This document shows positions 50,490-64,000 of a stretch of 64,000 nucleotides of DNA, in pieces. A program made the translations under genes and the position numbers. The DNA lies in the NCBI GenBank assembly GCA_030390025.1, contig CM059432.1, positions 97,962,001 through 98,026,000 of the forward strand, read 5' to 3'. Under the pieces are notes generated by a model that had not been told where the DNA came from, made no database searches, and saw only the letters and a program-made list of their open reading frames with translations. Numbering within the stretch: the first letter of the stretch is position 1; every line of letters begins with the position of its first letter. Origin of the DNA: Squalus acanthias (taxonomy: Eukaryota).

Positions 50490-52135
50490 GTGTCAGAGCT
50501 CCAAGTAGAGCGCTCGTTTTGGGAGTCTCGTATCGGGCATGCGGACGATATGGCCCGTCCGTCGGAGCTGATCGAGCGAGGTCAAAGCTTCGATGCTGGG
50601 GATGTTGGCCTGAGCGAGAACACTGACGTTGGTGCGCCTATCCTGCCAATGGATTTGCAGGATCTTGCGGAGGCAGCGTTGGTGGTACCTCTCCAGTGCT
50701 TTGTGGTGCCTGCTGTACATGGTCCATGTCTCTGAAGCATACAGGAGGGCGGGAATCACTACTGCTCTGTAGAACATGATCTTGGTGCCGGGTTTGAGGT
50801 CCTGGTCTTTAAACACTCTCTTCCTCAGGCAACCGAAGGCTGCACTGGCACACTGAAGGCGGTGTTGGACTTTGTCATTGACGTCTGCCCTTGTTGACAG
50901 TAGGCTCCCGAGGTATTGAAAGTGGTCCACGTTGTCCAAGGCCTCGTCGTAGATTTTGATAATCGGGGGGCAGTACTGTGTGGCGGAGGCAGGTTGGTAG
51001 AGGACCTTTGTCTTACGGATGTTTAGTGTAAGGCCCATGCTCTCGTACACTTCGGTGAAGGTGTTGACGATGGTTTGGAGTTCGACCTCCGAGTGAGCGC
51101 AGACGCAAGTGTCGTCTGCATACTGTAATTCGATGACAGAGGATGGCACGACCTTGGATCTGGACTGGAGGCGACGGAGGTTGAACAGTTTCCCGTTTGT
51201 TCTGCAGATTAGATCCACTCCAGCGGGCAGCTTACTGAGGGTGAGATAGAGCATTGCAACAAGGAAGACCGAGAAGAGCGTTTTTGCGATGACACAGCCT
51301 TGCTTGATCCCGGGCCATACGTGAATTGGGTCTGTGGTGGGTCCGTTGGTCAGGATCACGGCTTGCATGTCATCGTGAAGCAGGCGGAGAATGGTGACAT
51401 ACCTTTGGGGGCAGCCGAATTTGAGGAGGACACTCCATAATCCCTCACGATTGAAAGTGTCGAAGGCCTTTGTGAGGTCAAAGAAGGCCATGTACAGCGG
51501 TTGGTGCTGTTCCCTGCATTTCTCTTGTATTTGACACGCCGTGAAGATCATGTCCATTGTGCCCTTTATTGGGCGGAATCCGCATTGCGTCTCTGGGAGG
51601 AGCTCTTCCGCCACTGGGAGAAGGCGATTGAGGAGGATTCTTGCGATGACTTTCCCTGTGGCAGACAGCAGGAAAACTTCTCTGTAATTACCGCAATCGG
51701 ACTTGTCATCTTTCTTGAAGTTGGTCACGATTACGGTATCTCTGAGACTCCCTGGCAGGCTCTCCTCCTTCCAAATAAGAGAAATTAGTTAATGAATTTG
51801 CGCCAGTAGTGCTTCTCCGCCATGCTTTCGTGCTTCGGCGGGGATTCCATCTGCTCCTGAGGCCTTGTTGTTCTTCAGTTTTCAGATGGTCTTTTCAATC
51901 TCATGCCGGGCTGGGGTTGTGCTGAGGTGGAGGCGGGTAGCATGCTGCAGGATGGAGTTGAGGACACTCGCATCGAAGACAGAGTCTCAGTTAAGGAGAT
52001 CTTCGAAGTGCTCCTTCCAGCGGGCACTGACTGCCTCTCTGTCCTTGATGAGTACCTCTCCGTTCTTGGCCCACAGTGGGGTAGGACCTTGGGTGCTTGG
52101 GCCGTAGGTGGTCTTGACTGCACTAAAGAATTCAC
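50490..52135 (-). mobile_element. RTE-clade (BovB-like) LINE RT fragment
   Basis: CGNYR, QCGFR, AFFDLTKAFD, QGCV, YADD, FQYLGS, LLYASETWT. Confidence 0.88.
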
Positions 52136-52202
52136 ACATGTCGCATATCAGAACCAACATGTCACTAAACTTCTTTGAAACCACAGCAAATATTTTGTGC
52201 AT

Positions 52203-54100
52203 GAACATAGGAATAGGAACAGGTCATTCAACTCCTCAAGCCTGTTCCACCATTGAATTAGATCAAGACTGATCTATATCTTAACTCCATTACCACTTTG
52301 GTTCCATATCCCTTAATATCCTTACTTAATAAAAATCTATTAATCTCAGTTTTGACATTTTCAATTGACCTAGCCTCAACAGCTTTCAGGGAAAGAGAGT
52401 TCCAGATTTCCTCTACCGATTGTGTGAAAAAGTGCTTCCTGACATAACCCCTGAATGGCCTAGCTCTAATTTTAAGGTTATGCCCCCCCAGTTCTGGACT
52501 CCCCTACCAGAGGAAATATGTCTCTCTATTTACCAGTACCACTCGACTCCAGACCTCATTACAAACATTGGTCTAAACATGGACAAAAGAGCTGAATTCC
52601 AGATGTGAGGTAAGAGTGACTGCCCTTGATATTAAGGTAGCATTTGACTGAGTGTTTCATCAAGGAGCCCCAGAAAAATGAAGTCAATGGGAATCGGGGG
52701 AAAACTCTTCACTGGTCATACCTAGCACAAAGGAAGATGGTTGTGATTGTTGCAGGCCAATCATCTCAGACCCAGCACATTGCTGCAGGAGTTCTTCAGG
52801 GCAGTGTCTTAGGCTCAACCATCTTCAGCTGCTTCATCAATAACCTTCCCTCCAACATAAGGCCAGAAGTCGGGATGTTCGCTGATGATTGCACAGTGTT
52901 CAGCGCCATTCACAACACCTCAGATAATGAAACAGCCCATGCCCGTAGGCAGCAAGACCTGAACAACATTCAGGCATGGGTTGATAAGTGGCAAGTAACA
53001 TTCGCACCATAGAAGTGCCAGGCAATGACTATCTCCAACAAGAGCGAGTCTAACCACCGCCCTTTGACATTCAACGGCATTTCTATCACCAAATCCTCCA
53101 CCATCAACATCCTGGGGGTCACTATTGACCAGAAACTTAACTGGACCAACAACATAAATACTGTGGCTACAAGAGCAGGTCTGAGGCTGGGTTTTCTATG
53201 GCAAGTGTCTCACCTCCTGACTCCCCAAAGCCTTTCCACTATTTACAAGGCACAAATCAGAAGTGTGATGGAATACTCTCCACTTGCCTGGATGAGTGCA
53301 GCTCCAACAATACTCAATAAGCTCGATGTCATCCAGGACAAAGCAGCCCGCTTGATTTGCACCCCATCCACCACCTTAAAAATTCACTCCCTCCACCACC
53401 GGTGCACCATGGCTGCAGTGTGTACCATCTACAAGATGCACTGCAGCAACTCGCCAAGGTTTCTTCAACAGCATCTCCCAAACCAGTGACCTCTACCACC
53501 TAGAAGGACAAGGGCAGTACCCGCATGGGAACACCATCACCTCCAAGTTCCCCTCCAAGTCACACACCATCCTGACTTGGAATTATATTGGCGTTCCTTC
53601 ATCATCACTGGGTCAAAATCCTGGAACTCCCTCCCTAACAGTACTGTGGGAGTACCTTCACCACACGGACTGCAGCGGTTCAAGAAGGTGGCTCACCACC
53701 ACCTTCTCAAGAGCAATTAGGGATGGGCAATAAATGCTGGCCTTGCCAGCAATGCCCACCTTCCATGAAATGAATTAAAAAATCCCTATCAAATCCTTTA
53801 ATCATTTTAAACACCTCAATTAGTTCACCCCTAATCTTCTATACTCAAGGGAATACAAGCCTAGTCTATGCAACCTGTCCTCATAAATTAAGCCTTTTAG
53901 CCCAAGTATCATTCTGGTGAGTCTGCGCTGCATTCCTGAACGCAGTACTCCAGATGTGGTCTAACCAGAGCTTTATACAATTGTGGCATAACTTCCACCT
54001 TTTGTATTCCAGCCCACTTGAAATAAAAGCTAACATTCCATTGGCCTTTTAAATTATTTTTTGCCAACTGGTTTTTAGGGACTCCTAAATCTCTCTGCTC
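52203..54100 (-). mobile_element. CR1 3' fragment (52203-52530 and 53783-54100) interrupted by a LINE
   Basis: CR1 3' UTR and C-terminal ORF2 sequence on either side of the insertion. Confidence 0.7.
52535..53782 (+). mobile_element. CR1/L2-group LINE 3' fragment
   Basis: GVLQGSVLG, MFADD, YKAQIRSVMEYSP; family 3' tail. Confidence 0.85.
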
Positions 54101-54612
54101 CTCAAAATGAAATTGCAGGAAAGTCCTAATGCCTTTCCTAAGCTACTGGAAACAATTCCACCGAGTGATCAATGAGATTCAACTGAAGTAATATCCCTTT
54201 CTAATGCAAAATAAAAACTAGTACAGCAAACCTGTTAAATGACTACATGCTGATTGCATATTTTCTGATAGAAATGTTCTTGAAAGGTCAGCAATCAGCA
54301 AACATAATGGTTGTAATTTCTCAGCAACTGCTAACATCTTGCTGTCTCTACAGTTGTTAGTGAGACCCTGAGGGCATGTTTCATCTCAGCAAATTCCAAT
54401 CTCATGTGGCACTGAAGAAAGGGTAGCAGATGGAAGTGTACGATATGGCCTTTTGGTTAAGTGTTGTTGCTTTGTACATTTTTGCAAACCAAAAATAAAG
54501 ATTATTTTACCTTTTCAAACCTGGACCATACTAACAAACAATATATTAACCCAGTTATACTGTAGTTTCCACATCAACACAGCATGGTTTTAATGCTACA
54601 TCAAGATTCATT

Positions 54613-55291
54613 GGGGTAAAAATTGGGTGGGGCCCATTTTGGGGCGCTAAAGTCGCCGTGGCGCTAAAATTAGCTCCCTCCGCCATAAATTCAGCGCTAC
54701 TGGAAGCGCTCCACCTCATTTTTGGGGCGCTACTACTGAAGTTCGCGGCGCTATGTGCAACAGCGACATGTGCATCGGCATGTAACGCCACATCATTGCA
54801 GACCTCCCTCCCCTGATTAAAGGGGAGGGGCCTAGCGCTGCACGCACCGGGGCCCTGCTGGTCCACCGGGGAGTGGGGTGCCGTAGAAACAGCCCGGCAC
54901 CCCACATAAAAAAGTGAAAGGGGGCAGGTGCTGGCAGTCGGCCAAAATAAAAATGACCGCCCGACACCTGCCCTTTAAATAGCGGCACCGCCGCTGCAAA
55001 AACGCCTCCTGATCCTATTGGACATATTGTCTGGAGATAGGTCAGGGGGCGCAAGGGAAGTTTGCGGCCGGGGCACAAGCGGGGCACAAGTGGGGCGTTG
55101 TGCACAGTGATGACGTCATCGCCGGTGGCGCAGCGCCACGGGGCGCTACTGGCTACCACCGCCGCTAACCTCCCGCTGAATTTCTCAGGAGGTGTTAGCG
55201 GCGCCACGCCCGGGCGCAAGGAGATTTGCACCCCGTTAGAGCCCCTCCCCCGGGGCCGCTAATGGGGCGCAAAGCAACCCAATTTTCCCCC
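54613..55291. mobile_element. GC-rich Harbinger-type MITE (family of 36939-37834)
   Basis: TIR GGGGTAAAAATTGGGT / ACCCAATTTTCCCCC; repeated GGCGCTAA motifs. Confidence 0.75.
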
Positions 55292-55514
55292 AAAGCATCT
55301 TGGAACTGTGGTGAGATCACGATATTAGCCATAATCTGAATTTTGGAGCTGGTTTCTCACAATCACTGGCGACCGCCAGCATTAACATTAAAATTTTCAC
55401 TTGCATTGTGATTCTGGTAAGATTTCATGCATTCAAGAACACTTGCACAGACTTCTTCTTTGTTCAAGTGTAGGTTGATGCAGGCACAACAGTATAACTT
55501 GGTGATGCCAGCTT

Positions 55515-56620
55515 TTTTTTTATTCGTTTATGGGATCTGGACGTCGCTGGCAAGGTCAGAATTTATTGCCCATCCCTAGTTGCCCTTGAGAAGGTGGTGG
55601 TGAGCCGCCTTCTTGAACCGCTGCAGTCTGTGTGGTGATGGTATTCCCACAGTGCTGTTAGGTAGGGAATTCCAGGATTTTGACCCAGCGACGATGAAGG
55701 ATCGGAGATATGCTTCTAAGTCAGGATGGTGTATGACTTGGAGGGGAACTTGGAGGTGGTGGTTTTCCAATGCGCCTGCTGCCCTTGTCCTTCTAGGTGG
55801 AAGAGTTCACGGGTTTGGGAGGTGCTGCCAAAGAAGCCTTGGCGAGTTGCTGCAGTGCATCTTGTAGATGGTACACACTGCAGCCACGGTACGCCGGTGG
55901 TGGAGGGAGTGAATGTTTAAGGTGGTGGATGGGGTGCTAATCAAGCGGGCTGCTTTGTCCTGGATGGTGTCGAGCTTCTTGAGTGTTGTTGGAGCTGCAC
56001 TCATCCAGGCAAGTGGAGAATATTCCATCACACTCCTTATTTGTGCTTTGTAGATGGTAGAAGGGCTTTGGGGAGTCAGGAGGTGAGACACTCGCCGCAG
56101 AATACCTAGCCTCTGACCTGCTCTTGTTGCCACAGTATTTATGTGGCTGGTCCAGTTCAGTTTCTGGTTAATGGTGACCCCCAGGATGTTGATAGTGGGG
56201 GATTCGGTGATGGTAATGCCATTGAATGTCAAGGGGAGGTGGTTAGACTCTCGCTTATTGGAGATAGTCACTGCCTGGCACTTCTGTGGTGCGAATGTTA
56301 CCTGCCACTTATCAGCCCAAGCCTGAACGTCATCCAGGTCTTGTTGCATGCGGACATGGACTGCTTCATTATCTGTGGAGTTGTGAATGGCACTGAACAC
56401 TGTGCAGTCATCAGCGAACATCCCCATTTCTGACCTTATGTTGGAGGGAAGGTCATTGATGAAACAGCTGAAGATAGTTGGGCCTAGAACACTGCCCTGA
56501 GGAACTCCTGCAGCGATGTCCTGGAGCTGTGATGATTTACCTTCAACCACCACAACCATCTTCCTTTGTGCTAGGTATGCCTCCAGCCAGTGGAGCTTTT
56601 TCCCCCTGATTCCCATTGCT
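55515..56620 (-). mobile_element. CR1/L2-group LINE 3' fragment
   Basis: ORF 55807-56625 [15 protein letters not shown]; polyA tail. Confidence 0.88.
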
Positions 56621-58639
56621 TGCACTGCTTTAAGCAGCTTCTGGTGTCAAACTATAATAAACTCCAAGTTAACCATTGCTGTGCCTGAACACTTGTAAAT
56701 CATTTTTATAAATGTTGAATGAGTAGTTTGCTTGATTAAAAGCAAGTAAATAAAGTGCTCCAGAGTATTATATCAGACGCAGGCCCCTTGACTTTATTGT
56801 ATGTACCTATTCAGGTTCGCTCATAATTCCGAACTGTTACAAAACAAGTTGGTATTAGTAATTTACTATTTTAATTTAAAATGATAAAAGTGCATAAATA
56901 ATATATGTGTGATTACATTGTAGGAATGTAACATACCTCCCTGAGTTCAGACAACATCCCTACCTGCAACTGCAAAACTCAAGCAATTTATTGAAAGTAT
57001 CTAATCTTCAAGAGTGTTTTATTTAATTTCAACAATAGGTTCCTTCCAATTGAAACCTTACAATTTCCATCTATAGTATTACTGCTCTATTGCTGATGAA
57101 TAATGAATATACAAACCCAAGGATTAAAGAAATGAGAAAAGATATGAATGTGTGTTCAGGCAATGGGAGTATTAAGACATGCTTTTCAATATTGATTTAA
57201 GTCAGTGTTAACTTTTTAGTGCCTAATCGTCATAAGTAATCCTGCATTACTTTGTCATGTGGAGGTGTTGGAGCGTATCTAATGTGGTTCCTACATTCAG
57301 GAATGAAGCCCCAATGAAGGGTGCAGCCTGGTGTGTGTTTGGTCTGATTCTTCCTCTTATTCAGAGCTATCAATATTTATATATGTGCGCCGACATATTC
57401 CTGGGTTTTAGCTCTGATTTCAGATGGTCTTCCAATAGGTGGAGGCAAAAACTTGGGTGGGGACCCATTATACTGGCTCTCTGCCAATTTATACATTTGA
57501 TATGTTTTTCAGTATCATTTCAACCAGACACTGCAAGCACCCAATCGTATTTAAATGAAATAGTCATGCCATGGTGACATCATAGCATGGTGATATTTTC
57601 TGTCATTTCCACTTCATTTATGCAGGACATTATTAATGCTTGCATAAAATAGCTGGCCAGCATTGCTAGTACTAGAAAAGGCAGAAGTCCACTTTAAGGG
57701 GCATAGGAGACAGTTTTAAAAGTTGGCTAAAATGTTCCTTTTTCAACCAGATTTTCAATGTTTCTTTTCGTTTTTCTGTTACTCACTGCTGCTTCAACAT
57801 ATACCTTTGCGCCTTCTGCTGTGGGGCTTCCCTTTTGGTCCCTCACCATGTGATATCCATTGGAAATACCTCTTTGTGGTTTTTGTAGGAAGAGGAGCAG
57901 ATACAGTGAGAGTTCAGACTGGTCAGACATCACAGAAGGCATATGGCGTCACCTGCCAGTTCTCACACCCCAGAATATGCAGACCACAGAGCTAATACGC
58001 CCACTCAACCCGGGAGCAGGGCTTGCAGTAGCTGTGTTTCACAAGGGAAACCACACCTCCACCAGAAATTGGGCCAGCTTTACTATCCTTGGAAATTGTG
58101 ATGGATGTGGCAGACTTACTTGAAGACATGAGACATTTCACAGTAAATATTGTTGAATTCTGTGTGAATTTCTGATGTGTTGACCGAGAATAACTAATTA
58201 CCTAGAAAATAAACAGTGAAGAATGCACGATATTATTACTTCAGGACTTTTAAGACTTTACTGTAAGTTGTTGTCATCCATACGGCAGTGGACTTCATAT
58301 ACTTTGCAATCAAAACACTTATTTATGATTGCACATGATATGAGGTTGTTTCTATTAGCAGATCTGCAGCAGCCTCAGATGAAGAGGCTGTGTTCTCAAT
58401 GCAGACAAGATTGAATATTCTGAGCAATTATTTTATTTTACTTTGCTAGTGATTTTCTCGGGTGGATTTCTATAGCCAGATAATGTAGTTTGGTCATTTT
58501 GTTTTGTTCAGTTCTACCTCACAGCTTCTTTAAGGTCACTGAATTTCAACCAAAGACATTTCTACCTGCTTCTACTTCTGGATAATAATTTCAGGCCATA
58601 CTTACTTATTCCATTGACCAAATCTTTAGTCTTTATAAT

Positions 58640-61075
58640 ATCACTGAGTAAAGAAAAGAATGGCAGTTATCAATGGTGGTGAATTTCATTGACTTTCAGA
58701 AGGCATTTGATAGTGTTGAAGGAAATTCACTATGGCAGATTCTCAAAGTATATGGGTTACTTAGCAAAGTCATTGGCATTATCAAGATACTCAGGGCTAA
58801 ATTGGATAGCCCCCTAAAACGGGTGCAGGATCATGATGCGCGATTAAACTGCACCCATTGATTGCAATGCAGGCAGCACGCCAACTTTGTGCTGCCTGCT
58901 CATTTAAATGATTGCAGCATCCAGCCAGCACTAACCATGCTGTTCATTGGCTGGATGCATCAGCACTGGGCCAGTAACGTACAATGTTTAAAGCTATCTT
59001 GCACCTCTTAAAGAGGAGGTGCATTGTGGCTGAAGCAGGTGCTGGGAGTCATGTTTGAAGAGATTATGACCTGGGAAAGAGTGAAGAATGGCACAGAGGG
59101 GAGAGAGCGGGCTCCAAGGTCTTTGGATGCTGCACTGGAGGTCTTGGTGAAGGAGGTGGAAAGGAGGGGAGATGTCCTATATCTGCAGGGGTGAAGGAAG
59201 GCCCCAGACACACGTACAAAATGCAGCGGGATCAGATAGCTGTGGAGGTCAATGCCAAGAGTCAAGTCCCAAAAAACAGGATGCAGTGCCACAAGAAGTT
59301 CAATGACCTCACATGAGTGGTCAAGGTCAGTGAATGCATCTTCAAATAGCTAAATATCCTACCAAATGCACCACTAGCCTAGAACTTTGCTCAAATCACC
59401 ACACCCCCATCACTCATCTACCAACAATCTCTATCAATCATGACTCATACCTAACATTCATATGCTTCACCTCACCATCACACAGTTAGCACTGATGCAA
59501 GCCTCACATCCGCATCTCACAGCGTGCACACTGCCAGCTATGCAACCATGACAGCCACATCAGTTGAACAGATTGCACGACACTCACTGACGCACTTCCC
59601 TCTCTCTTGCAGGACAAGGTGGCGTATAACTGGAGACAGCAGGAGCTAACCGGAGGAGGACAGGCACGCCTGTATCTTCTAACCCCCATAGAGGAGATGG
59701 TGCTGGCCATTATTGGAATGGCTATTGCTGAGGCCGTGGCCAGCAGCAGGGCTGAAACCATTGAAGATGCCGGTATCCTCATAGCTCAACCACATTCAGA
59801 TGTGCTGCCTGTGGTCACACACCAGCTGGACATTGAGGGAGTGCAATACCTTTCGATTATGGTATAGGGCAGAGTTGACATGCGGCACCTGCAAAACAAT
59901 GTGCATGCAGTCAATGGCACCCTGCAACATGGGGAAGCCTGCAATCCTAGTGAAGCCATGTGCTCGCTCCGGTTGCATGTCTCTGGCAAAAGAGAATGAA
60001 ATGTTGTCAGCTCTATTTGAATAGAGAGCCTCAGTGACCTCCCTTACGCAACAGCGCACTGCAAACTACGAGATGTTACAAATATCTGCAGCTCCAGCCT
60101 GGAAGGAGCCAAACGCATAAAAGTTGATCATCACGGTCACCTTCACAGCCACTGCAATGTGGTCCACAGCCTGCTCTGAGGTTAATATCGTGGCTGCAGC
60201 AGGTGGCAGATTTCAGTGAGGACGTCCTTACTGAAGTGCAGACAGCTCACACAGTGTTGCTTGCTGAGCTTCATGTAGGAGAATTGCTTCCTGAACACCC
60301 TGGGCGGATATGGCCTCCTGCTGAGAGCCGTTCTCCTTTTCCTACTCCTCCCTCTTCCAGCAGCTTGTCCTGCTCTGCGTGCTCTCTGTTCATTCTCCAA
60401 GACATGCAGTATTCCAAGGAGAATGCCTACTAATATACCCATGTCTGGCAGCAAGTGTATTATGTAGAAGCCTTGAAGTCATAAAAAAGTCCTTCAGCAC
60501 CTGCCACATCACTCCCTGTAGACTTTAGCAACTTGAAACAACTGTAGAAAGCACCAAACACTTGTAGAATTGTACCAACAGCTAGAAGAAATCAACCAGC
60601 AACTAAGCAGTAAGTAGTCAATGATCCCTTTAAATAGCATTGGTGGGGGGTCCTTCCTGCTGCTGAATGCGTGTCCACTTAAGAGAGAGCATTGGTTGGA
60701 GGGTTGAGCTCGAAATTGGCACCTTTGGCGTCAAATCAGCATTACATGCTGATTGACGTCATGATCTGCCTGCTCTGCATACTTCCGGCGGACGTTAGCT
60801 GCGGCGCGCTAACGCCCTCACCAATATGGCGTCCAGTGCGATTTCCCCCCACAAGTATACACGCGTGCATTGGACGCCATTTTGGAACACAAACGGCATC
60901 AGGAGCGCCCAAACAACGGGTGCTACCGATCCTAATTTTGCGTCAATTTTATCAAGAAACACAATGTACCCTGAGTAATGGCAATGAGCTATCTGACTGG
61001 TTCAATATAACAAACAGTGTCAGACAAGGCTGCAGCTTGTTCCCTGTACTTTTTGAAATTGTGATTGATTTGTGA
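58640..61075 (+). mobile_element. Old RTE-like LINE RT remnant (58640-58794 and 60943-61075) split by a Harbinger element
   Basis: FIDFQKAFDSV..LWQILKVYG continues as FYQETQC..SDWFNITNSVRQGCSLFP. Confidence 0.7.
58795..60942. mobile_element. Internally deleted Harbinger element: Myb/SANT remnant (+, ~59087-59790) and transposase remnant (-, ~59790-60445)
   Basis: [42 protein letters not shown] terminus. Confidence 0.78.
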
Positions 61076-61111
61076 TAGAACATTCACATAGCATCAAATC
61101 AGGCATTGCAT

Positions 61112-62920
61112 GGCCTAGAAATTCAATAAGGCCCGAAAACGGGCAGTGGCATCGCGAGGTGAGATTTGCTCGTGCCCATAAAATTTGCAGGCAATACCGT
61201 TATTTTGGTGCTGCCTGCTGTTTTGAATGATTTCAGCGCAAAACCTAGCGATGAACGCGTTGCATCAGGCTATGCGCTCAGCAGGAGCCCAATGTTGCAT
61301 CCCTGTAGCGTCCCTGGAGGGAGGCTGCCTTTTCTTCAAGCAAGTGTGTAATTTTAGAAAGCAGACTTGAGCCCTTAAAGGGGAACTGCCTTCTGAAATT
61401 TTTTAAAAAATCATTCAAAAATAGGCAGTCTCTAGCCCTTAAAGCTCAACTGCCTTCTGAATAAAAAACATTAAAAATCATTCCAAACAGTCTACAGCTC
61501 TTAAAGCTGAACTCCCTTCTCTACGTAAAAAATGGTAAAAGTGCTTCAGCACTAACACAAATGGCTCAACAGGCCATGGAAAGGGCACCCAGGGTCTCAC
61601 ATGCAGCACTCCTGCTTTGTGCAGGGGTCAAAAGTGGAAGAGAGGTCCTCTACCCACAGGGGGCCAGGAGGCCGTCCAGAAAGAAGGATATGGAACCGGA
61701 TCATCGAGGCAATCACTGCCAGCAGTGTCACCCCAGGACCTGGCTCCAGTGCCCAAAGAAGCTTCATGACCTCAGACCAGTGGTCAAGGTCAGTGAATGC
61801 ATCTTCAAAAGCCGTCTCCTACCAACTGTACCACTAGCCTCACACACTGCTCAATGCACAACACCACCACCCCCACCCGCAATCACTCACCTACCAACAA
61901 TAGCTGCCAAGCACGAGGCACACCTCCCATTCCTAGCTTCACTTCACCCCCTTGGAGGAGATGGTGCTGGCCATTCTTGGCAGGGGCATGGCTGAGCCCT
62001 TGGCCAGCAGACAGAGCTGAAAGAATAAAAGATGTTGGTATCCTCATACGTTATCCTCCTTCTCACATCTAACTTTCCCCTCATTCCACAATATCTTCTG
62101 ATGTACTATCAGCACATGGTGTAAGCATTCAGCTCTTGCTTTCCCACCCTCCCCTCATCACAACCCTGCCCGTGAGCCTTCCTCATTTCAGACACCCAAG
62201 AAATACAGCCTGCCCAGCCAGTGGTTGACCAAAAAGAGGAGAGGAGAGTGAAGGAGAAAAACACCGTCCATCACTCGATTTGACACTCCCAGCCACCAGC
62301 TCCTCGAGGTCATCCTGCAAGGCTATCTGCAGTGTCCCCCACTGAAAGTCAGCAGCCTTCCCATCAGCCATGCTGCAGCCGCTGGGGTAGCACTGTGTAA
62401 CAGTATTATGATAGGCAAAGGCACACACACAAGACAGTCACTAAGGGAATGCATAAGGGTGCTGAGTTGATTTTTTAATGTAATATTGGATACATATATG
62501 GATAAAGTTGGATTGAAAAGTTTGCATTGTGGTGGTTTTTATTTCAGTATTGTGGCCAACAGGACGCTGTGATGGTCAGTAACAGAGGGAAGGTAAGGTG
62601 TGGGACCAATGTTGAAAGGGGAATTGGGATTGTGATCACTGGTACTGCAGGTGGATGATTCCATCTTGGATATCCCAGCTAAAAAGGGGCTGTCTGGTTT
62701 GCATCCTTCCTTCTGCTTCCTCCTCTTCTGCTTCCTCTTCTTCTGCTTTCTCCTTTTCTGTTTCCTCCTCTTCTGCTTCTTCCTCTTCCCTCTGTGAGCA
62801 GCTTGTCCCCTTTGCTGCCTCTGCTTCATCTCTATGTGATTTTGCAGCCCGAGGGGGACTACAAGTAGAACCCCCAAGACTGTGAGCAAGTGGTCTTCTG
62901 AGGGGCATTCCTTTAACATC
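61112..62920 (+). mobile_element. Degenerate Harbinger element with a Myb/SANT remnant (from 61561)
   Basis: MAQQAMERAPR..REVLYP..RTWLQCPKKLHDL; GGCCTAGAAATT terminus. Confidence 0.65.
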
Positions 62921-62939
62921 CAACAACTTTTTAAATGTA

Positions 62940-64000
62940 TTGTACCAAGGCAATTACAAAGGTATGAGGAGAGAGTTGGCTAAAGAGGACTGGGAAAATA
63001 GATTAGAAGGTAAGATGGTAGAAAAGCAGTGGCAGACATTTACAGAGATATTTCATGACTCTCAACAAAGATCTATTTCAGTGAGAAAGAAAGACTCAAA
63101 GAGAAGGATGAACCAAGCATAGCTAACCAAGGAAGTTAAGGATGGTATCAAATTGAAAGAAAAGGCATACAATGTTGCAAAGATTAGTGGTAGGCCAGAA
63201 GATTAGGAACATTTTAGAAATCAGCAAAGGATGAATAAAAAAATAATAAAGAGGGAGAAAATAGCTTATGAGAGTAAACTAGCAAGAAATATAAAAACTG
63301 ACAGTAAGAGCTTCTACAAGTATATAAAAAGGAAGAGAGTAGCTAAAGTAAACGTTGGTCCCTTAGAGGACGAGACTGGGGAAATAATAATGGGAAACAA
63401 GGAAATGGCGCAGGCATTGAACAAATATTTTGTATCTGTCTTCACAGTAGAGGACACTAAAAACATCCCAGGAATAGTAGAAAATCAAGGAGCAAAAGGG
63501 AGGGAGGAACTTAAAACAATCACTATCACTAGAGAAAAAGTGTTAGGCAAACTTATGGGTCTAAAGGCTAACAAGTCCCCTGGGCCTGATGGCCTGCATC
63601 CTAGGGTCTTAAAAGAAGTGGCTACAGAGATAGTAGATACATTGGTTGTAATCTTCCATAATTCCCTTGAATCTGGAAAAGTCCCAACGGATTGGAAAAC
63701 CGCAAATGTAATGCCCTTATTCAAAAAAGGAGGGAGACAGAAAACAGGAAACTATAGGCCAGTTAGCCTAACATCTGTCATTGGCAAAATGCTTGAATCC
63801 ATTATTAAGGAAGTAGTAGCAGGGCATCTAAAAAATCATAATACAATCAAACAGAGTCAACATGGTTTTATGAAAGGGAAATCGTGTTTGACAAATCTAT
63901 TAGAGTTCTTTGAGGAGGTAACGGGCAGGGTGGATAAAGGGGAACCAGTAGATGTAGTGTATTTGGATTTCCAAAAGGCATTCGACAAGGTGCCACATAA
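62940..64000 (+). mobile_element. CR1 ORF2 fragment with stops, running off the window
   Basis: Similar to 34660-35710 ([31 protein letters not shown]). Confidence 0.9.

Noticed and set aside
62539..62953. Lys/Arg-rich or Glu-rich ORFs
   Set aside because: They arise from a low-complexity (TCC/TTC) tract in a decayed Harbinger.

Overview
This is eukaryotic, repeat-dense DNA with no convincing host gene. The repeat complement (CR1 LINEs, Penelope remnants, Harbinger elements, a DeuSINE-like SINE) suggests a cartilaginous fish; that is inference. The main feature is a very young ~11 kb endogenous retrovirus-like provirus (1369-12384). It has 1.6 kb TG...CA LTRs with one difference spotted by eye, a 4-bp TSD (TACT), and an open pol (PR-RT-degenerate RNase H tether-second RNase H-IN). 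Its env has a signal peptide, an apparent Ig-like domain, an RQRR furin site and a long, paramyxovirus-F-like fusion subunit. This architecture best fits a lokiretrovirus-like lineage. Gag ends in TGA-CTAG in frame with pol, which suggests readthrough. The PBS and most of gag are deleted, and env carries one in-frame stop. The rest of the window is nested transposons: a Mag-like Gypsy carrying a GC-rich CsRn1-like Gypsy, several Harbinger elements and MITEs (two at the same position in CR1), a near full-length CR1, an ORF1-less LINE with a tRNA-like head, RTE and Tx1 fragments, a solo LTR, and Penelope remnants with hammerhead ribozyme motifs. All calls are from manual reading, with no database searches.
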